Positions 13,623-26,000 of a stretch of DNA of 64,000 nt are shown here, piece after piece. Under the pieces are notes generated by a model. That model made no database searches. It saw nothing but the letters and a program-made list of their open reading frames with translations, and had not been told where the DNA came from. The DNA is from Octopus vulgaris (taxonomy: Eukaryota): contig CATOCA020000001.1 in the NCBI GenBank assembly GCA_951406725.2, positions 9,486,001 to 9,550,000 of the forward strand. The letters run 5' to 3'. Both the position numbers and the translations under genes were made by a program. Within the stretch, counting starts at the first letter, position 1. Every line of letters starts with the position of its first letter.

Positions 13623-13765
13623 GTATGTATGCATGTATTTATATATTTATGTATTTATGTTTGAGTGGATCAGGCGAAACTTCAAATAGCTGTTGTTTTA
13701 ACGAAATCAATATTTACTAAAGATATTGAACCCATTATTTGTTTGATGCTTTCCTTTTCTTCGGT

Positions 13766-13812
<47 letters not shown>

Positions 13813-14053
13813 GCGTGTGTGTGTGCGTGTGCGCCTGCTTATATGTGCAGAAAGAAAGAGAAAGAAAGGAAAAGAGAGAAAGCAAATATCTACTCACAGC
13901 TTTTGATACGTTCTTAGCAGAGATTTTATATTCGCTGAACTTTTTAAAAGTCAAATGGAATACGAAGAAATTGGTCCAGTCTATGGAAGGATAAAGAAGA
14001 TAATCATTGCCTTTATAAATGAGGCACACATCAAAGATTCGCACAAAACGACA

Positions 14054-17000
14054 TACGTGTGTTCGTTCTGTCTGCATAGCATCTACCTCGCTCTGTCTGT
14101 GTACGTGTGTTCGTTCTGTCTGCATAGCATCTACCACGCTCTGTCTGTGTACGTGTGTTCGTTCTGTCTGCATAGCATCTACCTCGCTCTGTCTGTGTAC
14201 GTGTGTTTGTTCTGTCTGCATAGCATATACCTCGCTCTGTCTGTGTACGTGTGTTCGTTCTGTCTGCATAGCATCTACCTCGCTCTGTCTGAGTTCGTGT
14301 GTTTGTTCTGTCTGCATAGCATATACCTCGCTCTGTCTGTGTACGTGTGTTCGTTCTGTCTGCATAGCATCTACCTCGCTCTGTCAGTGTTCGTGTGTTC
14401 GTTCTGTCTGCATAGCATCTACGTCGCTCTGTCTGTGTACGTGTGTTCGTTCTGTCTGCATAGCATCTACCTCGCTCTGTCTGTGTACGTGTGTTCGTTC
14501 TGTCTGCATAGCATCTACCTCGCTCTGTCTGTGTTCGTGTGTTCGTTCTGTCTGCATAGCATCTACCTCGCTCTGTCTGTGTTCGTGTGTTTGTTCTGTC
14601 TGCATAGCATCTACCTCGCTCTGTCTGTGTTCGTGTGTTCGTTCTGTCTGCATAGCATCTACGTCGCTCTGTCTGTGTACGTGTGTTCGTTCTGTCTGCA
14701 TAGCATCTACCTCGCTCTGTCTGTGTACGTGTGTTCGTTCTGTCTGCATAGCATCTACCTCGCTCTGTCTGTGTACGTGTGTTCGTTCTGTCTGCATAGC
14801 ATCTACCTCGCTCTGTCTGTGTTCGTGTGTTCGTTCTGTCTGCATAGCATCTACCTCGCTCTGTCTGTGTAAGTGTGTTCGTTCTGTCTGCATAGCATCT
14901 ACCTCGCTCTGTCTGTGTTCGTGTGTTCGTTCTGTCTGCATAGCATCTACCTCGCTCTGTCTGTGTTCGTGTGTTCGTTCTGTCTGCATAGCATCTACCT
15001 CGCTCTGTCTGTGTTCGTGTGTTCGTTCTGTCTGCATAGCATCTACCTCGCTCTGTCTGTGTACGTGTGTTCGTTCTGTCTGCATAGCATCTACCTCGCT
15101 CTGTCTGTGTACGTGTGTTCGTTCTGTCTGCATAGCATCTACCTCGCTCTGTCTGTGTTCGTGTGTTCGTTCTGTCTGCATAGCATCTACCTCGCTCTGT
15201 CTGTGTTCGTGTGTTCGTTCTGTCTGCATAGCATCTACCTCGCTCTGTCTGTGTTCGTGTGTTCGTTCTGTCTGCATAGCATCTACCTCGCTCTGTCTGT
15301 GTTCGTGTGTTCGTTCTGTCTGCATAGCATCTACCTCGCTCTGTCTGTGTTCGTGTGTTCGTTCTGTCTGCATAGCATCTACCTCGCTCTGTCTGTGTTC
15401 GTGTGTTCGTTCTGTCTGCATAGCATCTACCTCGCTCTGTCTGTGTTCGTGTGTTCGTTCTGTCTGCATAGCATCGACCTCGCTCTGTCTGTGTTCGTGT
15501 GTTCGTTCTGTCTGCATAGCATCGACCTCGCTCTGTCTGTGTTCGTGTGTTCGTTCTGTCTGCATAGCATCTACCTCGCTCTGTCTGTGTTCGTGTGTTC
15601 GTTCTGTCTGCATAGCATCTACCTCGCTCTGTCTGTGTACGTGTGTTCGTTCTGTCTGCATAGCATCGACCTCGCTCTGTCTGTGTTCGTGTGTTCGTTC
15701 TGTCTGCATAGCATCTACCTCGCTCTGTCTGTGTTCGTGTGTTCGTTCTGTCTGCATAGCATATACCTCGCTCTGTCTGTGTTCGTGTGTTCGTTCTGTC
15801 TGCATAGCATATACCTCGCTCTGTCTGTGTTCGTGTGTTCGTTCTGTCTGCATAGCATCTAACTCGCTCTGTCTGTGTTCGTGTGTTCGTTCTGTCTGCA
15901 TAGCATCTACCTCGCTCTGTCTGTGTTCGTGTGTTCGTTCTGTCTGCATAGCATCTACCTCGCTCTGTCTGTGTTCGTGTGTTCGTTCTGTCTGCATAGC
16001 ATCGACCGCGCTCTGTCTGTGTTCGTGTGTTCGTTCTGTCTGCATAGCATCTACCTCGCTCTGTCTGTGTTCGTGTGTTCGTTCTGTCTGCATAGCATCT
16101 ACCTCGCTCTGTCTGTGTTCGTGTGTTCGTTCTGTCTGCATAGCATCTACCTCGCTCTGTCTGTGTACGTGTGTTCGTTCTGTCTGCATAGCATCTACCT
16201 CGCTCTGTCTGTGTTCGTGTGTTCGTTCTGTCTGCATAGCATCTACCTCGCTCTGTCTGTGTTCGTGTGTTCGTTCTGTCTGCATAGCATCTACCTCGCT
16301 CTGTCTGTGTTCGTGTGTTCGTTCTGTCTGCATAGCATCTACCTCGCTCTGTCTGTGTTCGTGTGTTCGTTCTGTCTGCATAGCATCTACCTCGCTCTGT
16401 CTGTGTTCGTGTGTTCGTTCTGTCTGCATAGCATCTACCTCGCTCTGTCTGTGTTCGTGTGTTCGTTCTGTCTGCATAGCATCTACCTCGCTCTGTCTGT
16501 GTTCGTGTGTTCGTTCTGTCTGCATAGCATCTACCTCGCTCTGTCTGTGTTCGTGTGTTCGTTCTGTCTGCATAGCATCTACCTCGCTCTGTCTGTGTTC
16601 GTGTGTTCGTTCTGTCTGCATAGCATCTACCTCGCTCTGTCTGTGTTCGTGTGTTCGTTCTGTCTGCATAGCATCTACCTCGCTCTGTCTGTGTTCGTGT
16701 GTTCGTTCTGTCTGCATAGCATCTACCTCGCTCTGTCTGTGTACGTGTGTTCGTTCTGTCTGCATAGCATCGACCTCGCTCTGTCTGTGTTCGTGTGTTC
16801 GTTCTGTCTGCATAGCATCTACCTCGCTCTGTCTGTGTTCGTGTGTTCCTTCTGTCTGCATAGCATCTACCTCGCTCTGTCTGTGTTCGTGTGTCTCGTT
16901 CTGTCTGCATAGCATCGACCTCGCTCTGTCTGTGTTCGTGTGTTCGTTCTGTCTGCATAGCATCTACCTCGCTCTGTCTGTGTTCGTGTGTTCGTTCTGT

Positions 17001-20000
17001 CTGCATAGCATCTACCTCGCTCTGTCTGTGTACGTGTGTTCGTTCTGTCTGCATAGCATCGACCTCGCTCTGTCTGTGTTCGTGTGTTCGTTCTGTCTGC
17101 ATAGCATCTACCTCGCTCTGTCTGTGTTCGTGTGTTCGTTCTGTCTGCATAGCATATACCTCGCTCTGTCTGTGTTCGTGTGTTCGTTCTGTCTGCATAG
17201 CATATACCTCGCTCTGTCTGTGTTCGTGTGTTCGTTCTGTCTGCATAGCATCTACCTCGCTCTGTCTGTGTTCGTGTGTTCGTTCTGTCTGCATAGCATC
17301 TACCTCGCTCTGTCTGTGTTCGTGTGTTCGTTCTGTCTGCATAGCATCTACCTCGCTCTGTCTGTGTTCGTGTGTTCGTTCTGTCTGCATAGCATCGACC
17401 TCGCGCTGTCTGTGTTCGTGTGTTCGTTCTGTCTGCATAGCATCTACCTCGCTCTGTCTGTGTTCGTGTGTTCGTTCTGTCTGCATAGCATCTACCTCGC
17501 TCTGTCTGTGTTCGTGTGTTCGTTCTGTCTGCATAGCATATACCTCGCTCTGTCTGTGTTCGTGTGTTCGTTCTGTCTGCATAGCATATACCTCGCTCTG
17601 TCTGTGTTCGTGTGTTCGTTCTGTCTGCATAGCATATACCTCGCTCTGTCTGTGTTCGTGTGTTCGTTCTGTCTGCATAGCATCTACCTCGCCCTGTCTG
17701 TGTTCGTGTGTTCGTTCTGTCTGCATAGCATCTACCTCGCTCTGTCTGTGTTCGTGTGTTCGTTCTGTCTGCATAGCATCTACCTCGCCCTGTCTGTGTT
17801 CGTGTGTTCGTTCTGTCTGCATAGCATCGACCGCGCTTTGTCTGTGTTCGTGTGTTCGTTCTGTCTGCATAGCATCTACCTCGCTTTGTCTGTGTTCGTG
17901 TGTTCGTTTTGTCTGCATAGCATCTACCTCGCTCTGTCTGTGTTCGTGTGTTCGTTTTGTCTGCATAGCATCTACCTCGCTCTGTCTGTGTTCGTGTGTT
18001 CGTTCTGTCTGCATAGCATCTACCTCGCTCTGTCTGTGTTCGTGTGTTCGTTCTGTCTGCATAGCATCTACCTCGCTCTGTCTGTGTTCGTGTGTTCGTT
18101 CTGTCTGCATAGCATCTACCTCGCTCTGTCTGTGTTCGTGTGTTCGTTCTGTCTGCATAGCATCTACCTTCGCTCTGTCTGGTGTTCGTGTGTTCGTTCT
18201 GTCTGCATAGTATATACCTCGCTCTGTCTGTGTACGTGTGTTCGTTCTGTTCTGTATAGCATCGACCTCGCTCTGTCTGTGTTCGTGTGTTCGTTCTGTC
18301 TGCATAGCATCTACCTCGCTCTGTCTGTGTTCGTGTGTTCGTTCTGTCTGCATAGCATCTACCTCGCTCTGTCTGTGTTCGTGTGTTCGTTCTGTCTGCA
18401 TAGCATCTACCTCGCTCTGTCTGTGTTCGTGTGTTCGTTCTGTCTGTGTTCTGTCTGTGTTCGTGTGTTGTTCTGTCTGCATAGCATCTACCTCGCTCAT
18501 CTGTGTACGTGTGTTCGTTCTGTCTGCATAGCATCTACCTCGCTCTGTCTGTGTTCGTGTGTTCGTTCTGTCTGCATAGCATCTACCTCGCTCTGTCTGT
18601 GTTCGTGTGTTCGTTCTGTCTGCATAGCATCTACCTCGCTCTGTCTGTGTTCGTGTGTTCGTTCTGTCTGCATAGCATCTACCTCGCTCTGTCTGTGTTC
18701 GTGTGTTCGTTCTGTCTGCATAGCATCTACCTCGCTCTGTCTGTGTTCGTGTGTTCGTTCTGTCTGCATAGCATCTACCTCGCTCTGTCTGTGTTCGTGT
18801 GTTCGTTCTGTCTGCATAGCATCTACCTCGCTCTGTCTGTGTTCGTGTGTTCGTTCTGTCTGCATAGCATCTACCTCGCTCTGTCTGTGTTCGTGTGTTC
18901 GTTCTGTCTGCATAGCATCTACCTCGCTCTGTCTGTGTTCGTGTGTTCGTTCTGTCTGCATAGCATCTACCTCGCTCTGTCTGTGTTCGTGTGTTCGTTC
19001 TGTCTGCATAGCATCTACCTCGCTCTGTCTGTGTTCGTGTGTTCGTTCTGTCTGCATAGCATCTACCTCGCTCTGTCTGTGTTCGTGTGTTCGTTCTGTC
19101 TGCATAGCATCTACCTCGCTCTGTCTGTGTTCGTGTGTTCGTTCTGTCTGCATAGCATCTACCCTCGCTCTGTCTGTGTTCGTGTGTTCGTTCTGTCTCC
19201 ATAGCATCTACCTCGCTCTGTCTGTGTTCGTGTGTTCGTTCTGTCTGCATAGCATCTACCTCGCTCTGTCTGTGTTCGTGTGTTCGTTCTGTCTGCATAG
19301 CATCTACCTCGCTCTGTCTGTGTTCGTGTGTTCGTTCTGTCTGCATAGCATCTACCTCGCTCTGTCTGTGTTCGTGTGTTCGTTCTGTCTGCATAGCATC
19401 TACCTCGCTCTGTCTGTGTTCGTGTGTTCGTTCTGTCTGCATAGCATCTACCTCGCTCTGTCTGTGTTCGTGTGTTCGTTCTGTCTGCATAGCATCTACC
19501 TCGCTCTGTCTGTGTTCGTGTGTTCGTTCTGTCTGCATAGCATCTACCTCGCTCTGTCTGTGTTCGTGTGTTCGTTCTGTCTGCATAGCATCTACCTCGC
19601 TCTGTCTGTGTTCGTGTGTTCGTTCTGTCTGCATAGCATCTACCTCGCTCTGTCTGTGTTCGTGTGTTCGTTCTGTCTGCATAGCATCTACCTCGCTCTG
19701 TCTGTGTACGTGTGTTCGTTCTGTCTGCATAGCATCTACCTCGCTCTGTCTGTGTTCGTGTGTTCGTTCTGTCTGCATAGCATCTACCTCGCTCTGTCTG
19801 TGTTCGTGTGTTCGTTCTGTCTGCATAGCATCTACCTCGCTCTGTCTGTGTTCGTGTGTTCGTTCTGTCTGCATAGCATCTACCTCGCTCTGTCTGTGTT
19901 CGTGTGTTCGTTCTGTCTGCATAGCATCTACCTCGCTCTGTCTGTGTTCGTGTGTTCGTTCTGTCTGCATAGCATCTACCTCGCTCTGTCTGTGTACGTG

Positions 20001-23000
20001 TGTTCGTTCTGTCTGCATAGCATCTACCTCGCTCTGTCTGTGTACGTGTGTTCGTTCTGTCTGCATAGCATCTACCTCGCTCTGTCTGTGTTCGTGTGTT
20101 CGTTCTGTCTGCATAGCATCTACCTCGCTCTGTCTGTGTTCGTGTGTTCGTTCTGTCTGCATAGCATCTACCTCGCTCTGTCTGTGTTCGTGTGTTCGTT
20201 CTGTCTGCATAGCATCTACCTCGCTCTGTCTGTGTACGTGTGTTCGTTCTGTCTGCATAGCATCTACCTCGCTCTGTCTGTGTTCGTGTGTTCGTTCTGT
20301 CTGCATAGCATCTACCTCGCTCTGTCTGTGTTCGTGTGTTCGTTCTGTCTGCATAGCATCTACCTCGCTCTGTCTGTGTTCGTGTGTTCGTTCTGTCTGC
20401 ATAGCATCTACCTCGCTCTGTCTGTGTTCGTGTGTTCGTTCTGTCTGCATAGCATCTACCTCGCTCTGTCTGTGTTCGTGTGTTCGTTCTGTCTGCATAG
20501 CATCTACCTCGCTCTGTCTGTGTTCGTGTGTTCGTTCTGTCTGCATAGCATCTACCTCGCTCTGTCTGTGTTCGTGTGTTCGTTCTGTCTGCATAGCATC
20601 TACCTCGCTCTGTCTGTGTTCGTGTGTTCGTTCTGTCTGCATAGCATCTACCTCGCTCTGTCTGTGTTCGTGTGTTCGTTCTGTCTGCATAGCATCTACC
20701 TCGCTCTGTCTGTGTTCGTGTGTTCGTTCTGTCTGCATAGCATCTACCTCGCTCTGTCTGTGTTCGTGTGTTCGTTCTGTCTGCATAGCATCTACCTCGC
20801 TCTGTCTGTGTTCGTGTGTTCGTTCTGTCTGCATAGCATCTACCTCGCTCTGTCTGTGTACGTGTGTTCGTTCTGTCTGCATAGCATCTACCTCGCTCTG
20901 TCTGTGTTCGTGTGTTCGTTCTGTCTGCATAGCATCTACCTCGCTCTGTCTGTGTTCGTGTGTTCGTTCTGTCTGCATAGCATCTACCTCGCTCTGTCTG
21001 TGTTCGTGTGTTCGTTCTGTCTGCATAGCATCTACCTCGCTCTGTCTGTGTTCGTGTGTTCGTTCTGTCTGCATAGCATCTACCTCGCTCTGTCTGTGTT
21101 CGTGTGTTCGTTCTGTCTGCATAGCATCTACCTCGCTCTGTCTGTGTTCGTGTGTTCGTTCTGTCTGCATAGCATCTACCTCGCTCTGTCTGTGTTCGTG
21201 TGTTCGTTCTGTCTGCATAGCATCTACCTCGCTCTGTCTGTGTTCGTGTGTTCGTTCTGTCTGCATAGCATCTACCTCGCTCTGTCTGTGTTCGTGTGTT
21301 CGTTCTGTCTGCATAGCATCTACCTCGCTCTGTCTGTGTTCGTGTGTTCGTTCTGTCTGCATAGCATCTACCTCGCTCTGTCTGTGTTCGTGTGTTCGTT
21401 CTGTCTGCATAGCATCTACCTCGCTCTGTCTGTGTTCGTGTGTTCGTTCTGTCTGCATAGCATCTACCTCGCTCTGTCTGTGTTCGTGTGTTCGTTCTGT
21501 CTGCATAGCATCTACCTCGCTCTGTCTGTGTTCGTGTGTTCGTTCTGTCTGCATAGCATCTACCTCGCTCTGTCTGTGTTCGTGTGTTCGTTCTGTCTGC
21601 ATAGCATCTACCTCGCTCTGTCTGTGTTCGTGTGTTCGTTCTGTCTGCATAGCATCTACCTCGCTCTGTCTGTGTTCGTGTGTTCGTTCTGTCTGCATAG
21701 CATCTACCTCGCTCTGTCTGTGTTCGTGTGTTCGTTCTGTCTGCATAGCATCTACCTCGCTCTGTCTGTGTTCGTGTGTTCGTTCTGTCTGCATAGCATC
21801 TACCTCGCTCTGTCTGTGTTCGTGTGTTCGTTCTGTCTGCATAGCATCTACCTCGCTCTGTCTGTGTTCGTGTGTTCGTTCTGTCTGCATAGCATCTACC
21901 TCGCTCTGTCTGTGTTCGTGTGTTCGTTCTGTCTGCATAGCATCTACCTCGCTCTGTCTGTGTTCGTGTGTTCGTTCTGTCTGCATAGCATCTACCTCGC
22001 TCTGTCTGTGTTCGTGTGTTCGTTCTGTCTGCATAGCATCTACCTCGCTCTGTCTGTGTTCGTGTGTTCGTTCTGTCTGCATAGCATCTACCTCGCTCTG
22101 TCTGTGTTCGTGTGTTCGTTCTGTCTGCATAGCATCTACCTCGCTCTGTCTGTGTTCGTGTGTTCGTTCTGTCTGCATAGCATCTACCTCGCTCTGTCTG
22201 TGTTCGTGTGTTCGTTCTGTCTGCATAGCATCTACCTCGCTCTGTCTGTGTTCGTGTGTTCGTTCTGTCTGCATAGCATCTACCTCGCTCTGTCTGTGTT
22301 CGTGTGTTCGTTCTGTCTGCATAGCATCTACCTCGCTCTGTCTGTGTTCGTGTGTTCGTTCTGTCTGCATAGCATCTACCTCGCTCTGTCTGTGTTCGTG
22401 TGTTCGTTCTGTCTGCATAGCATCTACCTCGCTCTGTCTGTGTTCGTGTGTTCGTTCTGTCTGCATAGCATCTACCTCGCTCTGTCTGTGTTCGTGTGTT
22501 CGTTCTGTCTGCATAGCATCTACCTCGCTCTGTCTGTGTTCGTGTGTTCGTTCTGTCTGCATAGCATCTACCTCGCTCTGTCTGTGTTCGTGTGTTCGTT
22601 CTGTCTGCATAGCATCTACCTCGCTCTGTCTGTGTTCGTGTGTTCGTTCTGTCTGCATAGCATCTACCTCGCTCTGTCTGTGTTCGTGTGTTCGTTCTGT
22701 CTGCATAGCATCTACCTCGCTCTGTCTGTGTTCGTGTGTTCGTTCTGTCTGCATAGCATCTACCTCGCTCTGTCTGTGTTCGTGTGTTCGTTCTGTCTGC
22801 ATAGCATCTACCTCGCTCTGTCTGTGTTCGTGTGTTCGTTCTGTCTGCATAGCATCTACCTCGCTCTGTCTGTGTTCGTGTGTTCGTTCTGTCTGCATAG
22901 CATCTACCTCGCTCTGTCTGTGTTCGTGTGTTCGTTCTGTCTGCATAGCATCTACCTCGCTCTGTCTGTGTTCGTGTGTTCGTTCTGTCTGCATAGCATC

Positions 23001-26000
23001 TACCTCGCTCTGTCTGTGTTCGTGTGTTCGTTCTGTCTGCATAGCATCTACCTCGCTCTGTCTGTGTTCGTGTGTTCGTTCTGTCTGCATAGCATCTACC
23101 TCGCTCTGTCTGTGTTCGTGTGTTCGTTCTGTCTGCATAGCATCTACCTCGCTCTGTCTGTGTTCGTGTGTTCGTTCTGTCTGCATAGCATCTACCTCGC
23201 TCTGTCTGTGTTCGTGTGTTCGTTCTGTCTGCATAGCATCTACCTCGCTCTGTCTGTGTTCGTGTGTTCGTTCTGTCTGCATAGCATCTACCTCGCTCTG
23301 TCTGTGTTCGTGTGTTCGTTCTGTCTGCATAGCATCTACCTCGCTCTGTCTGTGTTCGTGTGTTCGTTCTGTCTGCATAGCATCTACCTCGCTCTGTCTG
23401 TGTACGTGTGTTCGTTCTGTCTGCATAGCATCTACCTCGCTCTGTCTGTGTTCGTGTGTTCGTTCTGTCTGCATAGCATCTACCTCGCTCTGTCTGTGTT
23501 CGTGTGTTCGTTCTGTCTGCATAGCATCTACCTCGCTCTGTCTGTGTTCGTGTGTTCGTTCTGTCTGCATAGCATCTACCTCGCTCTGTCTGTGTTCGTG
23601 TGTTCGTTCTGTCTGCATAGCATCTACCTCGCTCTGTCTGTGTTCGTGTGTTCGTTCTGTCTGCATAGCATCGACCTCGCTTTGTCTGTGTTCGTGTGTT
23701 CGTTCTGTCTGCATAGCATCTACCTCGCTCTGTCTGTGTTCGTGTGTTCGTTCTGTCTGCATAGCATCTACCTCGCTCTGTCTGTGTTCGTGTGTTCGTT
23801 CTGTCTGCATAGCATCGACCTCGCTCTGTCTGTGTTCGTGTGTTCGTTCTGTCTGCATAGCATCTACCTCGCTCTGTCTGTGTTCGTGTGTTCGTTCTGT
23901 CTGCATAGCATCTACCTCGCTCTGTCTGTGTTCGTGTGTTCGTTCTGTCTGCATAGCATCGACCTCGCTCTGTCTGTGTTCGTGTGTTCGTTCTGTCTGC
24001 ATAGCATCTACCTCGCTCTGTCTGTGTACGTGTGTTCGTTCTGTCTGCATAGCATCTACCTCGCTCTGTCTGTGTTCGTGTGTTCGTTCTGTCTGCATAG
24101 CATCGACCTCGCTCTGTCTGTGTACGTGTGTTCGTTCTGTCTGCATAGCATCTACCTCGCTCTGTCTGTGTACGTGTGTTCGTTCTGTCTGCATAGCATC
24201 TACCTCGCTCTGTCTGTGTTCGTGTGTTCGTTCTGTCTGCATAGCATCTACCTCGCTCTGTCTGTGTTCGTGTGTTCGTTCTGTCTGCATAGCATCTACC
24301 TCGCTCTGTCTGTGTTCGTGTGTTCGTTCTGTCTGCATAGCATCTACCTCGCTCTGTCTGTGTTCGTGTGTTCGTTCTGTCTGCATAGCATCTACCTCGC
24401 TCTGTCTGTGTACGTGTGTTCGTTCTGTCTGCATAGCATCTACCTCGCTCTGTCTGTGTTCGTGTGTTCGTTCTGTCTGCATAGCATCTACCTCGCTCTG
24501 TCTGTGTACGTGTGTTCGTTCTGTCTGCATAGCATCTACCTCGCTCTGTCTGTGTTCGTGTGTTCGTTCTGTCTGCATAGCATCTACCTCGCTCTGTCTG
24601 TGTTCGTGTGTTCGTTCTGTCTGCATAGCATCTACCTCGCTCTGTCTGTGTACGTGTGTTCGTTCTGTCTGCATAGCATCTACCTCGCTCTGTCTGTGTT
24701 CGTGTGTTCGTTCTGTCTGCATAGCATCTACCTCGCTCTGTCTGTGTTTGTGTGTTCGTTCTGTCTGCATAGCATCTACCTCGCTCTGTCTGTGTACGTG
24801 TGTTCGTTCTGTCTGCATAGCATCTACCTCGCTCTGTCTGTGTACGTGTGTTCGTTCTGTCTGCATAGCATCTACCTCGCTCTGTCTGTGTTTGTGTGTT
24901 CGTTCTGTCTGCATAGCATCTACCTCGCTCTGTCTGTGTTCGTGTGTTCGTTCTGTCTGCATAGCATCTACCTCGCTCTGTCTGTGTTCGTGTGTTCGTT
25001 CTGTCTGCATAGCATCTACCTCGCTCTGTCTGTGTTCGTGTGTTCGTTCTGTCTGCATAGCATCTACCTCGCTCTGTCTGTGTTCGTGTGTTCGTTCTGT
25101 CTGCATAGCATCTACCTCGCTCTGTCTGTGTTCGTGTGTTCGTTCTGTCTGCATAGCATCTACCTCGCTCTGTCTGTGTACGTGTGTTCGTTCTGTCTGC
25201 ATAGCATCTACCTCGCTCTGTCTGTGTTCGTGTGTTCGTTCTGTCTGCATAGCATCTACCTCGCTCTGTCTGTGTTCGTGTGTTCGTTCTGTCTGCATAG
25301 CATCTACCTCGCTCTGTCTGTGTTCGTGTGTTCGTTCTGTCTGCATAGCATCTACCTCGCTCTGTCTGTGTTCGTGTGTTCGTTCTGTCTGCATAGCATC
25401 TACCTCGCTCTGTCTGTGTTCGTGTGTTCGTTCTGTCTGCATAGCATCTACCTCGCTCTGTCTGTGTTCGTGTGTTCGTTCTGTCTGCATAGCATCTACC
25501 TCGCTCTGTCTGTGTTCGTGTGTTCGTTCTGTCTGCATAGCATCTACCTCGCTCTGTCTGTGTTCGTGTGTTCGTTCTGTCTGCATAGCATCTACCTCGC
25601 TCTGTCTGTGTTCGTGTGTTCGTTCTGTCTGCATAGCATCTACCTCGCTCTGTCTGTGTTCGTGTGTTCGTTCTGTCTGCATAGCATCTACCTCGCTCTG
25701 TCTGTGTTCGTGTGTTCGTTCTGTCTGCATAGCATCTACCTCGCTCTGTCTGTGTTCGTGTGTTCGTTCTGTCTGCATAGCATCTACCTCGCTCTGTCTG
25801 TGTTCGTGTGTTCGTTCTGTCTGCATAGCATCTACCTCGCTCTGTCTGTGTTCGTGTGTTCGTTCTGTCTGCATAGCATCTACCTCGCTCTGTCTGTGTT
25901 CGTGTGTTCGTTCTGTCTGCATAGCATCTACCTGCCTGTCGTGTTCGTGTGCATCTACCTCGCTCTGTCTGTGTTCGTGTGTTCGTTCTGTCTGCATAGC

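Noticed and set aside
13955-14053. Possible exon (MEYEEIGPVYGRIKK...) leading into the satellite
   Set aside because: Too short, no recognisable motif and no supportable splice structure.
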